From an uncultured Gammaproteobacteria bacterium (GTDB lineage Bacteria > Pseudomonadota > Gammaproteobacteria > JAADHQ01), in NCBI GenBank assembly GCA_963807455.1, contig CAWECS010000014.1:91114-155113 (forward strand): a stretch of DNA of 64,000 bases. The letters run 5' to 3'. Made by a program: the position numbers and the translations under genes. Position 1 is the first letter of the stretch. Each line of letters starts with the position of its first letter. This document shows, in pieces, positions 33,113-43,773 of the stretch. The notes below the pieces were generated by a model. That model was not told the DNA's origin and searched no databases. It worked only from the letters and a program-made list of their open reading frames with translations.

Positions 33113-34108
33113 CAATCAACCCCGGGACTACGTGATATGGTTTCAATACTACCATTGCTATTCCTTTTCAGGATACTGTGCAAATTACTGCTGATATTAT
33201 CTATCTGAACTTGTGCCTTCACCATGAAGTACTGTGAACTTACACCAATCAGGGGTTCTATTTCCACTGGATATTTGCTTTTATCGGCAGCATAGCTTTC
33301 TGTTTGAGTGATAAATTCTTTATTGGTATTGAATACTGAGCCACGGTCTTCAACAATTTCGGTGGCTTTTTTCAGGTCCAGTTGTGGCGACAGGGCAGCG
33401 ATGACTTCAGCTGGGGCGGTATTGATATTCACCGTGGTGGCTTCCGGCAGGGCGGTAACAAAGGGCTTGCAGTTTCGCGTAAATCTCAGCGGTGACCCCT
33501 TCGACTAATAATAGCTCAGAAGGACTGCTCATGAGCCGATTACCAGCGCGGTAAGGCGGGGTTTTCTGCTGGTAGGTCTGGTCTTCGGCACCATCCGGGA
33601 AGCTGATATCCGCATCCTCATCAATCCAGTCAATAATCGCTTGAGCCAGGGGCACATTGATCTCGAGTACCTGCAATAGGCGGTTAAACATCTCAATCTG
33701 TTGCTTCTGGCGCGTAACCTGCTGCGGGTCTTTTGGGTTTTGCATGTGCAGATTATTAATATTGAACAGACCGCTTAGATCAGTAATTTGTCCACTGATG
33801 GTGCCACCCTCGATAATGGTCAGCGGCAGTGGTTGTGCCCAGTCTTCAAACAGATTGTCAGTGTTTTTATTGCTGCTGCTTTGTCCGTCTTTATATAGAA
33901 TGCCGCGGGCCCAGGATTCACCCGCCAATGCATAATAATAAGCTTGCTGGCTATAGAGAATGTTACCCAGACGGCGGATGTCGTATTGTTGCCGCTCGGT
34001 AATATTAACAGCAATGATGGTCGCCAGCGCTACCACCAGCAAGGCGGTTAACATGGCGATGCCGCGTTGTTTGCCTGCATGCATGTGATTGTTCAGCATA
34101 GGCATCAT
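33112..34108 (-). CDS. gspK: Type II secretion minor pseudopilin K (apparent frameshift near 33466)
   Basis: QRGIAMLTALLVV, FNINNL, IIDWIDED, ELLLVEG, NINTAPAEVI, SQYF. Confidence 0.9.
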
Positions 34109-34731
34109 TAATAACCCGGTAATGGAAACAATCGCATGATTTTTCCCATTTTCTCATGTGTCAGGGTAATTTCTATGGCCTTGGGTAATGCGCGCTGGTT
34201 ACTGGCTGGATTGATAGGTGGCCAGAATGTAGTCCACTCATTATTTTGCCCGAGGAAGCGAAACTCCAGTTCCTCGATCTGATCGATCAGGTTTCGATTC
34301 AGGCTTTCACCTTCACCGGCACGGTCCAGGCTTTTATATTGACTGCGAATCAGCGTGTCATCTTTGAGCCAATAACGCACTCTGACCAGGCTACTGCGTT
34401 TCAGCCCTTGAGGGTTGCTGGCACCGATACGGGTGAGCGCCAAACCCTGAGCGCCGGTATTGTCCGCCTTGAGTGCTGCTTGTGTGTCACCGAATTCATC
34501 ACGGATACCGCGTTCGATGGCATAGCGCAGGTCGCGGTCAAGATAAAAAAACATACTCTGTAAAGATTTAATCTGCGCACCCACCTTATTCGTGAGTTCC
34601 TGAGCATCCATAATGGCTACAATACCCGTTAATGCGGTAATGGACATAATGGAAAAAATAGAAATAGCCACGAGAATTTCCAGCAAGGTGAAGCCGTTGG
34701 TGTTTGTGCGCGGATGTTTTCGTAATGACAT
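34108..34731 (-). CDS. gspJ: Type II secretion minor pseudopilin J
   Basis: GFTLLEILVAI prepilin motif, LDRDL, LPKAIEITL. Confidence 0.9.
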   Translation of the reverse strand: MSLRKHPRTNTNGFTLLEILVAISIFSIMSITALTGIVAIMDAQELTNKVGAQIKSLQSMFFYLDRDLRYAIERGIRDEFGDTQAALKADNTGAQGLALTRIGASNPQGLKRSSLVRVRYWLKDDTLIRSQYKSLDRAGEGESLNRNLIDQIEELEFRFLGQNNEWTTFWPPINPASNQRALPKAIEITLTHEKMGKIMRLFPLPGY

Positions 34732-35135
34732 TATTGCTGCCCGATATAGCTATTCAATGTGTAGAAAGTTTTTTCCTGGTCTTCATCCAGTGAAATAGTC
34801 ACTATCACTTTTCGTAGTGTCGCATCGGGTGTCGTTTCGACTTTCATCTCCCAGTGCCAGCGTTGATTGGCGAGTTCGGCGTTACCATTGGAATTACCGG
34901 TCGATGGCCAGATTTTGGCGATCTGTAATTCACTGATTTTATTCATCGCGACAATGCTGGCCAGATATTTGTTACGTATGGTCGCTGTATTGACAGTATT
35001 TTCACTGGCCGTCTTGATCATGGCCGTGAGAGCCACTGCCAGTAAAACCAGTGCCACCAGTACCTCAACCAGCGTAAAACCCTTAGCGGTCGTCGTTCGA
35101 TACACGCTCGATCTCCAGTTGTCCGGTTTCGGCAT
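34731..35135 (-). CDS. gspI: Type II secretion minor pseudopilin I
   Basis: GFTLVEVLVAL, WHW; size and position. Confidence 0.9.
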   Translation of the reverse strand: MPKPDNWRSSVYRTTTAKGFTLVEVLVALVLLAVALTAMIKTASENTVNTATIRNKYLASIVAMNKISELQIAKIWPSTGNSNGNAELANQRWHWEMKVETTPDATLRKVIVTISLDEDQEKTFYTLNSYIGQQ

Positions 35136-35652
35136 TAGTTAAAATGTAAGACAGATCATTCCTGTCACGATGGGTCAGCAGAATTTCGAAAGTGGTCCAT
35201 TCGCCGCTGGACGAGAAAACAATTTGCGGGATTTTATCTTCTGTAGCAATGGTACTTAGCCTGGATTCAAGCCCATCAATGCTGACGACGATTTCCATGT
35301 CCTCGGGTATTTCCCTTGGTTTGAGCAGGGCATCATCCACAGGCACCCACTTTTTTTCATCGTTGTAAATATAAAAGCCGTAGCCATCATCGTTGATGAG
35401 CAGACCCATTTCCTGTGACTCGTAAATGGCCTGCTGGTCGGTCAGCTCCATCATGCGCGCCATGCGTCCCACTTCCTGCTTGAGTCGGGAATCAAAATTA
35501 TCGACATCAATATTCAGCAGTGCAATGCCCAGCACAATACTGATGATGACAATGGTCACCAGGATTTCAATCAAGGTGAAGCCAGTATTATCCTTCAGCG
35601 TGCTGCAAGCGGGAGAGGATTTCTGTCTAAAGGTGCATGGCTTTCCTTGCAT
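35083..35652 (-). CDS. gspH: Type II secretion minor pseudopilin H
   Basis: GFTLIEILV, PQIVFSSSGEWTTF. Confidence 0.88.
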   Translation of the reverse strand: MQGKPCTFRQKSSPACSTLKDNTGFTLIEILVTIVIISIVLGIALLNIDVDNFDSRLKQEVGRMARMMELTDQQAIYESQEMGLLINDDGYGFYIYNDEKKWVPVDDALLKPREIPEDMEIVVSIDGLESRLSTIATEDKIPQIVFSSSGEWTTFEILLTHRDRNDLSYILTNAETGQLEIERVSNDDR

Positions 35653-35661
35653 GCCAGGTGC

Positions 35662-36144
35662 TTATTCCAGGTTCCAGTTACCAATGTCATCTTCACTGGC
35701 GATGCCATCCGGCCCTAATGAAAATATGTCCAGTTTGCCACGGGTACCCGGACTGAGGAATTGATATTCATTACCCCAGGGATCTTTTGGCAGACGTTCT
35801 ATGTAGCCATCCGGACTATAGTTTTTGGGTTCAGGGGTGCCGGATGGTTTGCTCACCAGCGCCTCCAGGCCCTGGTCAGTACTGGGGTATTGAAAATTAT
35901 CCAGCTTGTACATATTCAATGAGGTTTCCAGGATACGAATATTTTGTCTTGCCTGTGTTTTGCGGGCTTGCTCGGGTTTACTCATAATCTTGGGAACGAT
36001 GAATACGGCCAGTATGCTCAAAATTACCACCACAACCATCACCTCGATGAGTGTAAATCCTTTTGAAGCTTTATTTATCATTGCATTTACCTGTATTGGG
36101 TTAACTATCTTTATGTTTTTATTATAATTATGGTGTATTATCAA
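35662..36144 (-). CDS. gspG: Type II secretion major pseudopilin G
   Basis: GFTLIEVMVVVVIL, YKLDNFQYPSTDQGLEALV, LPKDPWGNEY, DDIGNW; real start probably downstream (MINKASKGF). Confidence 0.96.
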   Translation of the reverse strand: MIIHHNYNKNIKIVNPIQVNAMINKASKGFTLIEVMVVVVILSILAVFIVPKIMSKPEQARKTQARQNIRILETSLNMYKLDNFQYPSTDQGLEALVSKPSGTPEPKNYSPDGYIERLPKDPWGNEYQFLSPGTRGKLDIFSLGPDGIASEDDIGNWNLE

Positions 36145-36228
36145 ACACTCTGATTATAAACAGCCTGTCGCTATTCGTCTATCATTGGCGCAGATATTAA
36201 TGCAAATAGATCACAATAAAGCCATAAA

Positions 36229-37131
36229 GTGCCTTTTGACATAAAAAAAACAGTTTTACTGCTTATTCTGCCATGGCTGCTGCCCGCAGGCCTGCATGCG
36301 GCCATCACCGTCACCGATAGTCAGGGTTCCCGTTTTAGCCTGCAGCAACCGGCTCAACGCATTGTCAGTCTGGCTCCCCATATCACCGAGTTGTTGTTCG
36401 CCGTCGGCGCAGGTGACCGGCTGGTGGGTACTGTCGAGCATAGTGATTACCCGAAGCGGGCTCGATTAGTGCCGCGTGTGGGCAATCATCAGGCACTGGA
36501 CCTGGAAACCATCCTGGCATTGAAGCCAGACCTGGTGCTGTCATGGCCCGCAGGGGGTTCGCAACCCGGTCTGGAAAAACTCAAAAGCCTGGGCATTCCT
36601 GTGTATGCGAGTCCGTCCGGGGGGCTGGAGAATATTGCGACCTTATTGCGCACATTGGCCAGCCTGAGTGGGATGTCCTGGCGGGGTGAGGAAGTGGCCA
36701 GCCATTTTCAGCGATTGCTGCAAGAGCTACGCCAGCAATATGCGCATCGATCCAGGGTTAAAGTATTTCTGCAAATCTGGGACAAGCCGCTAATGACCAT
36801 TAACGGCCAGCATTACATTAGCGATGTCATTAGCCTGTGTGGCGGCACCAATATTTTCGCCGAGCTGCAAACTGCCGCCCCCACCGTCGGACTGGAAGCA
36901 GTCATCAATCGTGGCCCGGAGGTTATTATTGTTAATGACCAGGGCCCACAATCCCGGCAGTGGTTGAATGCCTGGAAAGTATGGAAACAGTTGCCGGCGG
37001 TGAGAGATGGCTATTTGTATGAAATCAAGGCGCACAAAATTGTCAGGCAGACACCGCGTATCCTCATGGGAGCTAAACGCATGTGCACTATTCTCGATGA
37101 GGTCAGGCAGCAGCGCAAGGGCAACGATTGA
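36229..37131 (+). CDS. btuF: Cobalamin-binding periplasmic protein
   Basis: RIVSLAPHITELLFAVG, SDYP, ILALKPDLV, LCGGTNIF; next to a riboswitch-controlled receptor. Confidence 0.85.
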   Translation: MPFDIKKTVLLLILPWLLPAGLHAAITVTDSQGSRFSLQQPAQRIVSLAPHITELLFAVGAGDRLVGTVEHSDYPKRARLVPRVGNHQALDLETILALKPDLVLSWPAGGSQPGLEKLKSLGIPVYASPSGGLENIATLLRTLASLSGMSWRGEEVASHFQRLLQELRQQYAHRSRVKVFLQIWDKPLMTINGQHYISDVISLCGGTNIFAELQTAAPTVGLEAVINRGPEVIIVNDQGPQSRQWLNAWKVWKQLPAVRDGYLYEIKAHKIVRQTPRILMGAKRMCTILDEVRQQRKGND

Positions 37132-37169
37132 TCTAAACTGTTGAGCGCTTTAGTTCGCCTTGCTTGCAG

Positions 37170-39236
37170 CTAGTCAAATGCTTTGCTGATGGATATCAGG
37201 AAGTTCCTTTCCGGTAAAGGATAAGCATTATAACGTCCGGGAGTAAACGTGCTTTTGACACCGTATTCAAAATACTGCTTGTCAAACAGATTGTTGACCT
37301 GGGCCGCCAGTTCCCAGTCTTTTAATCGATGGCGAAGCTTTGCATCGACCGTGGTATGAGCGGGGATTTTCTCAAAGCGATTATTCTGATCATTATCAAA
37401 CCATTTTTCACCCACGTAATTTAACGTGCCTGTGAAGTTTGTCATTGGTGACAATTTCCAAAGCGCGGTCAATGTGGCGGTTTTTTCAGCTACTAACGGC
37501 ACAGTATTTCCGGCAAACACTCCATCAGTGAATGTTGCTTTGGTATACGCCAGATTAAAATTGAGATTGAGATAGCGGCTAGCCTGATATTGACTGGAGA
37601 GCTCTACGCCATAGCGTCGGGTCGGATCCAGATTAATATTGCTGAATGTCACCGGATCAAAATGAATTTCATTTTTAAGTTTCATGACATAGAAGCCGGT
37701 ATGCAGGCTAAGCTTGTCTTTTTTCAATTTAAAACCTGCATCCAGTCCAACCGAGGTTTGTGGGGTGAGAAAAGTAAATCTGCCAGGGAAGGTGGCAAAG
37801 GTTTCATCGACTGTGCCCATGCGGAATGATCGATTTATATTAGCGTACAGGTTAATCTGTTTATCAAGCTGGTAGTTCAAACCTGCTTTCAAGCCGTGTT
37901 CTGTGTCATTGTTTTCATTATCCATAGCCTGGGCATCAAATACAGATGCACCTGGAGCGGCAGGGTTAAATTGATCTTTGGCTGCTGTATTCACATGCTG
38001 CAAACGTGCACCGAAGGTGTAGCTGATTTTATCAGTCGGTAAAATAATATGTTCGGCGTATACGGCCATACTTTTCTGGTCGAGGTCAACTTGATGAATG
38101 GGTTGGTTGATGGTAGCAGGATTCAATGCGCGATCAGATTCATATCCGGAGTCATAATAGTCCAGGCCAAGCGTGGTTTTGCCCTTTGTCCCAAACAGGG
38201 CATTGTTGCTTCTTAATCGAGGTGTGAATGACCACGTGGCAAGGTCTGTGTCGAGGTAGGATGCAAACAGGCCGCCAAAGTCATAATCATCAAAAAAGGC
38301 TTGTTCATTTTTATTACGATAACCCAGATCGACAATCACTTCAGTGTTGCTGGAAACAAAGTGAGTCACACCGAGCGTCAGATTATAACCTTTACGATTG
38401 GCATAATCATCCGGGTTGCTGCTGCCTTTTCTGTCAGCGAGCAGTTCATTCACGGGAATATTCGGGTCAACAGTTCGCTCGCCTGGCAAGCCCAGACTTT
38501 GATCATCAGCCCCGAGTTTTATAAACACTTCGCCATTGTCTCGGGTGAAACGTATGTCGGACTGAAATTTGTCCTGGCGATAGCGATTGTTATCACGGTA
38601 GCCATCGGATTTCTCGGTGCTGGCGGCGAGATTATAGGCGACAGGCCCATTTATATTTTCCATGGAAGCATTGATTTCATGACTGTCATAGGAACCTGCT
38701 GACAGGCTGGCGCGGCCACGGGTACCTTGTTTGCCCGGCTTCTTGGTGATGATATTGATGGTACCGCCTACGGCTCCATCCCCATATAGAACTGAACCAG
38801 TGCCACGGCTGATTTCTATACGTTCGATATTGTGCATAGGGATAGAACTCAGATCGATAGCCGCCAGGTCAATGTCATTCAAGCGCCTGCCATCCAGTAA
38901 AATGAGAGCATTTGTTGATGCAGTGGCGCCGAATCCACGTATATCAATGTTACTACGCGATGAATTATTGCCATATAGGTGCCGCGTTTGGATGCCGGCT
39001 TCCTGCGCCAGAAGTTCCGGCAGGCTGGTTGCGGTACTGTTAATGATCTGGGCCTTGCTGATAATAGTCGTGTTGGTTGTACTGATGTTGGTTGCCGCCT
39101 CAATTCTGGTCGCAGTGATGATAATCGGTTCAGCGATGTTGGTATCGGCAGCGATAACATGACTCTGCAATGCCAATTGGCAGCTAATGAAGGAGACGAT
39201 GACAGGTTTTATCGTTATTTTAAATTTTATTTTCAT
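37170..39236 (-). CDS. btuB: TonB-dependent receptor, probable cobalamin transporter (BtuB-like)
   Basis: IIITATR, IDIRGF, LILLDG, IERIEISRG, YGDGAVGGTINIITK, NNLFDKQY; start MKIKF at 39236 with GAGGA RBS; cobalamin riboswitch upstream. Confidence 0.8.
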   Translation of the reverse strand: MKIKFKITIKPVIVSFISCQLALQSHVIAADTNIAEPIIITATRIEAATNISTTNTTIISKAQIINSTATSLPELLAQEAGIQTRHLYGNNSSRSNIDIRGFGATASTNALILLDGRRLNDIDLAAIDLSSIPMHNIERIEISRGTGSVLYGDGAVGGTINIITKKPGKQGTRGRASLSAGSYDSHEINASMENINGPVAYNLAASTEKSDGYRDNNRYRQDKFQSDIRFTRDNGEVFIKLGADDQSLGLPGERTVDPNIPVNELLADRKGSSNPDDYANRKGYNLTLGVTHFVSSNTEVIVDLGYRNKNEQAFFDDYDFGGLFASYLDTDLATWSFTPRLRSNNALFGTKGKTTLGLDYYDSGYESDRALNPATINQPIHQVDLDQKSMAVYAEHIILPTDKISYTFGARLQHVNTAAKDQFNPAAPGASVFDAQAMDNENNDTEHGLKAGLNYQLDKQINLYANINRSFRMGTVDETFATFPGRFTFLTPQTSVGLDAGFKLKKDKLSLHTGFYVMKLKNEIHFDPVTFSNINLDPTRRYGVELSSQYQASRYLNLNFNLAYTKATFTDGVFAGNTVPLVAEKTATLTALWKLSPMTNFTGTLNYVGEKWFDNDQNNRFEKIPAHTTVDAKLRHRLKDWELAAQVNNLFDKQYFEYGVKSTFTPGRYNAYPLPERNFLISISKAFD

Positions 39237-39361
39237 GCAACTATTCCTCTGGCGGCTATTAGCACCATACTCAGCAATTTTGATCGCGAGGGAGGAATGA
39301 GCGTGTAAAGAGAACAGGACCCCGTGTCCACTCTTCGCCCGCCGCGACAGATTCGAATATT

Positions 39362-39560
39362 CCAGGCCGGTCTCCGGACTCACGAGTGGGTATTCCCGAT
39401 ATAGCACCTTCCCATGCAATGCACAGTGGCTTTAAAGCTATACGTTTTCTCGTTTACCGTTGCGGGGGCAGTGCCGGAATTGATACTGACTGTGTCAGCT
39501 CGCACCGGCTTCCCGTTTCACCCCATTGGAAAGATCTTCCTTTGGGACACCTGAAAGCGC
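39362..39560 (-). promoter_or_regulatory. Cobalamin riboswitch
   Basis: Minus strand AGGTG...GAAACGGGAAGCCGGTGC...TCCGGCACTGCCCCCGCAACGGTAA...GCCACTG...TGGGAAGG...GAGTCCGGAGACCGGCC (B12 box). Confidence 0.95.
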
Positions 39561-40226
39561 GATCAATCTAGTTTGTTTGTCGTTATCTGTCAAGCCAGGC
39601 GTGGGCTCATGCGCATAAAATATTGTCCGTGCAGAATATCTTTAAACCAACACTATTAATCTTATTTGCTCGTTTCCTACTCTGGAAAAGTCAGTTAAAT
39701 ATTACAGTCATCGCTCAGGATGGGTGGTTTTATGTCAGATTGACTATTTAATTTTTCAGCAGGGAAGGGATAGATATTATTACCGGGGCACTTAATACCT
39801 CAATCGACCATCGATCGCTTGATTGTATTCAGATGTATTTTATTGGCAGAGAATAGTGGCTGATCATCCTGTTGATGACGCTGTCATGATGTCTTGCAAA
39901 CGCAAGCATTCTGCCAGGCATACATGCGTGCAAATTGACTGATTTCTTTGAAAAAATATGAAGTATAATTATTATTTGGTGATTACCGTTTTCAGGCGAG
40001 TGGCTATTTATTTCAAAAAATCATGGATTTGCGTCAACGCTATAATCTGGACAATAAAATAATAGTGTTAACTATTGTATTTGCTGGATTTTAATGTGTT
40101 CTTCACGGCTGGATCGGTGTATTCTACATGGGTGAATGGATTCCCTATAATAAACATATATTCTGCAGGCCAGTCCAATACCAACATTTATGAATAAATT
40201 AAGAAGTCAATGGGAAAGAATTCTGT

Positions 40227-41630
40227 ATGTTTCGCATTTTTAGACATTATGTTCCTGGTTCATTTGTCATTCTGCTGGTTGTTGAGTCATGCATTCTACT
40301 GGTAGCTTTGCCTGCCGGTGTCGAAATCAGTCGTGCCTTGGGGTTTTGGGATAGGGGTGTGCATAATTTTGACTGGATTTGGCCAAGATCGCTGCTTTAT
40401 ACCTTTGTTACCATTAGTTGTATGACCTTCATGGGCCTTTACTGGCGACACAGAAAAGAAAGCGAAAGCCTGGATTTCATTATCAGGTTTATTGCCAGTC
40501 TGGGTTTAAGCATGATGCTACTGTCTATTGTTTTTTATTCCATTCCGAAATTTGCTGTTGATCGTTCGCAAATGTTTTTCACATTATGTGTCACGCTGAT
40601 ACTGATTGCCCTGATCCGCTTACTGCACTTCAGGATATCTGATCATGATGCCTCCAGGAACAGAGTATTGGTGATTGGTACGGGTAAAAAATCAAAACTG
40701 GTTGAGCAGCTGCGCAGAAGGTCAGACCTTTATGGTATCAAGGTCATGGGTTTTTTGTATATTGGCGGTGAAAATAGCCGGGTCACAGAGGCTAAAATCA
40801 TCCATATCAATGAATCATTATTGTCCTATGTGAGAAACAATCAGATTGATGAATTGGTCGTCGCTGTCGATGACAGGCGAAAAAGTTTTCCGGTCAATGA
40901 AATACTCGAATGCAAAATGGATGGCATTCTGGTTTCCGAAGTGAGTGACTTTATAGAGCGACAGACAAAAAAAATCAGGCTGGATTCCCTGCATCCCAGT
41001 TCGATGATTTTTTCCGAAGGTTATACGCGCGCGGTCATGAATTCATTCGGTAAAAGAGCCTTTGATATACTGGCGAGCAGTATTTTACTCATTTTAACCT
41101 TGCCGGTCGTACTGCTGACCATGTTGTCGATCTGGCTGGAGTCTGGCGGTAAAGGCTCCATATTTTACAAGCAGGAACGAGTGGGTATTGATGGCAGCCG
41201 CTTTAATGTACTTAAGTTCCGTAGCATGAAGGTCGATGCAGAAGAGGAAGGCGTTGCGCAGTGGGCCAGCGAAGGTGATGACAGGGTGACAAAAAACGGC
41301 CGAGTGATCAGGTTGCTGCGTATTGATGAACTGCCGCAATTATATAATGTACTCAAGGGTGAAATGAGTTTTGTTGGTCCGCGGCCCGAGCGACCACAAT
41401 TTGTTGAGCAATTATCACAAGTGATCCCATTTTATAATCTAAGGCATACTGTCAAGCCGGGCATCACTGGTTGGGCCCAGATATCCTATCCCTATTGTGC
41501 TTCGGAGCAGGATTCAATCGAAAAGCTTCAATATGATTTGTATTATATCAAGCGGTATAATTTGATGTTTGATGCGCTTATTTTATTTCAGACAGCACAG
41601 GCCGTATTATGGGAAAAAGGCGGCAGGTAG
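40227..41630 (+). CDS. PEP-CTERM/XrtA-system sugar transferase (polyprenyl glycosylphosphotransferase)
   Basis: MFRIFRHY start, KRAFDI, KFRSM, RIDELPQL, MSFVGPRPERP, VKPGITGWAQI, EKLQYDLYY; precedes prsK-prsR. Confidence 0.9.
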   Translation: MFRIFRHYVPGSFVILLVVESCILLVALPAGVEISRALGFWDRGVHNFDWIWPRSLLYTFVTISCMTFMGLYWRHRKESESLDFIIRFIASLGLSMMLLSIVFYSIPKFAVDRSQMFFTLCVTLILIALIRLLHFRISDHDASRNRVLVIGTGKKSKLVEQLRRRSDLYGIKVMGFLYIGGENSRVTEAKIIHINESLLSYVRNNQIDELVVAVDDRRKSFPVNEILECKMDGILVSEVSDFIERQTKKIRLDSLHPSSMIFSEGYTRAVMNSFGKRAFDILASSILLILTLPVVLLTMLSIWLESGGKGSIFYKQERVGIDGSRFNVLKFRSMKVDAEEEGVAQWASEGDDRVTKNGRVIRLLRIDELPQLYNVLKGEMSFVGPRPERPQFVEQLSQVIPFYNLRHTVKPGITGWAQISYPYCASEQDSIEKLQYDLYYIKRYNLMFDALILFQTAQAVLWEKGGR

Positions 41631-41679
41631 AAAAGTTTCAGAACAGCTGGCTAAATGACAGCGTGCTGAGGGGGTCAGG

Positions 41680-43773
41680 TTGGATTTAGGAAGTTTAGGC
41701 TATTATATAACGGCTAGCCTGTTTTTATTTTTCGCTGTTTTAATGACTATTAGTTGGCGGGGCAGACTACAGGGTGGTCTGTTATTGCTGATGGCGATAT
41801 TGACCGTGGTTTGGGCCATTGTTACCGGCAAGAATGGTTACCATGTAGATGCTGTCTTTCCTTTTTCGGTTTTTTTTGAATTACTGCGTAATATAGCCGC
41901 TTATGCCTTTTTACTGGGCTTATTAAAGCCGCTCTATCAAGCGAAGGGCCAGTTGGTCTTTCATTATATCCTGACCGCCATCATGTATCTGACTTCAAGC
42001 CTGTTGCTGTTGGCGGCATTTAATGTCAAAGATCATATTCCAATCGGCAACCATGTTGTTGCAATTGATTATTCTTCAATATTTGCAGCGAATATGTTGA
42101 TGGCGGTCGCAGGACTGAACTTACTGGTTCGACTATACAAACATACACATCCTGAAGGCAGGCACGGATTTAAATATCTATTCTATGGTTTCGGTCTGAT
42201 CTTTTTCTATGACTTCTTTATGTACATGGATGCCACCTTATATGGGCAGATAAACGCACAAATCTGGTTGGGTCGAGGTTTTATCGTTGCCCTGACAGTA
42301 CCCTTATTGACATTAGCCGCACAGCGAAACCCTAATTGGTCGCTTGAGGTCTTTGTTTCGAAACAACTGGTTTTTCATGCGGCCACATTTATCGGTGTCG
42401 GGTTATATTTGTTGATAGTGGCGATGTCCGGTTACTACATCAGGATTTATGCTGGCAGTTGGGGAGGTATGGCGCAGATTCTGTTTCTATCCGTGGCCGT
42501 ATTGACATTGATTTCTGTCTTATATTCGGGTGATATGAGCGCAAGAATCAAGGTATTTATTAATAAGCATTTCTTCAATTATAAATATGATTATAGGGAT
42601 GAATGGACTGATCTTACCCGTGACCTGTCGAAAGCTAATGAAGAGGACGGCCTGTATGTAACAGTGATTAATTCTGTGGCCAGAATTATTGGTAGTAGTG
42701 GCGGAATGCTCTGGTTATATGATGACAGGAATCTTAGTTATCATGTGGTGGCGAATACGATTTTTGAGGAAGTTACTGAGACCGAAGCGATTGAGGGTGA
42801 ATTTGCTACTTTTCTATTTCGAAAAGACTGGATTATTGATCTAAAGGAGGTGAAACAATCTCCGGAACTCTATGAGGGTTTAGTCATTCCTTCATGGTTA
42901 AAGGACTTGCCACATGCGCGGCTGGTAATTCCGCTCATCCACATGGAGGAACTCTACGGGTTCCTGGTTTTGGCTGAGTCCCGAATATTGTCCGAGATAA
43001 ATTGGGAAGATCGAGATCTGCTTAAAACGGCCTGCATGCAGGCCGTCAGCTATCTGGCTTTTCAGGATGCATCGCAGTCTCTGGCAAAATCGGAGAAATT
43101 CGCCGTATTTAACCGTTTGTCGGCCTTTGTCGTTCATGATTTAAAAAATCTTATTGCACAGCTTGAGTTAATTACACGAAATGCCAAAAAATATAAGCAT
43201 AATCCGGAATTTGTCGATGATGCCTTCGAGACCGTCGAGCATGCCAGCCAGAAAATGGGTCGCATGCTGACACAACTGACACAGGGTCGCTTCAGTGACC
43301 AATCAACCGGTATTATTGATCTACAGGATGCCATGGAAGAGATTATTCGTAATCACCAGGTTTATAAGCCCTATCCACATTTACATTCTGCGCTGGAAAA
43401 TGTCAAAATAATGGTCAATCATGATCGCTTTGTGTCTATTGTGGGTCATATAATAAAAAATGCACAGGAAGCCACCGATGACGATGGCTATGTTAAAGTT
43501 GAAGTCTATTGTGACGACAACCATGTAGTCATCAAAGTAATGGATAATGGTTGTGGTATGGACGAGCTATTTATTAAGGAAAAATTATTCACCCCGTTTA
43601 TTACTACCAAGGGCAATGCGGGTATGGGTGTTGGTGTCTATGAGTGCCGGGAATTTATAGAATCCCTGGGTGGATCGGTTGCGGTGAGCAGCAGACCGGG
43701 GCTGGGTAGTGAATTCAAATTGACCATTCCGGCCATGTGTGAACAGACAAATGAAATGGGGGCAACATTGTGA
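41680..43773 (+). CDS. prsK: PEP-CTERM system histidine kinase
   Basis: Multiple TMs, KHFFNYKYDYRDEW, LSAFVVHDLKN, KHNPEFVDDA, GMGVGVYE. Confidence 0.92.
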   Translation: MDLGSLGYYITASLFLFFAVLMTISWRGRLQGGLLLLMAILTVVWAIVTGKNGYHVDAVFPFSVFFELLRNIAAYAFLLGLLKPLYQAKGQLVFHYILTAIMYLTSSLLLLAAFNVKDHIPIGNHVVAIDYSSIFAANMLMAVAGLNLLVRLYKHTHPEGRHGFKYLFYGFGLIFFYDFFMYMDATLYGQINAQIWLGRGFIVALTVPLLTLAAQRNPNWSLEVFVSKQLVFHAATFIGVGLYLLIVAMSGYYIRIYAGSWGGMAQILFLSVAVLTLISVLYSGDMSARIKVFINKHFFNYKYDYRDEWTDLTRDLSKANEEDGLYVTVINSVARIIGSSGGMLWLYDDRNLSYHVVANTIFEEVTETEAIEGEFATFLFRKDWIIDLKEVKQSPELYEGLVIPSWLKDLPHARLVIPLIHMEELYGFLVLAESRILSEINWEDRDLLKTACMQAVSYLAFQDASQSLAKSEKFAVFNRLSAFVVHDLKNLIAQLELITRNAKKYKHNPEFVDDAFETVEHASQKMGRMLTQLTQGRFSDQSTGIIDLQDAMEEIIRNHQVYKPYPHLHSALENVKIMVNHDRFVSIVGHIIKNAQEATDDDGYVKVEVYCDDNHVVIKVMDNGCGMDELFIKEKLFTPFITTKGNAGMGVGVYECREFIESLGGSVAVSSRPGLGSEFKLTIPAMCEQTNEMGATL

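Noticed and set aside
39237-39419. 61-aa N-terminal extension of the TonB receptor in the ORF track
   Set aside because: It overlaps the riboswitch leader; the RBS and signal peptide support ATG 39236.
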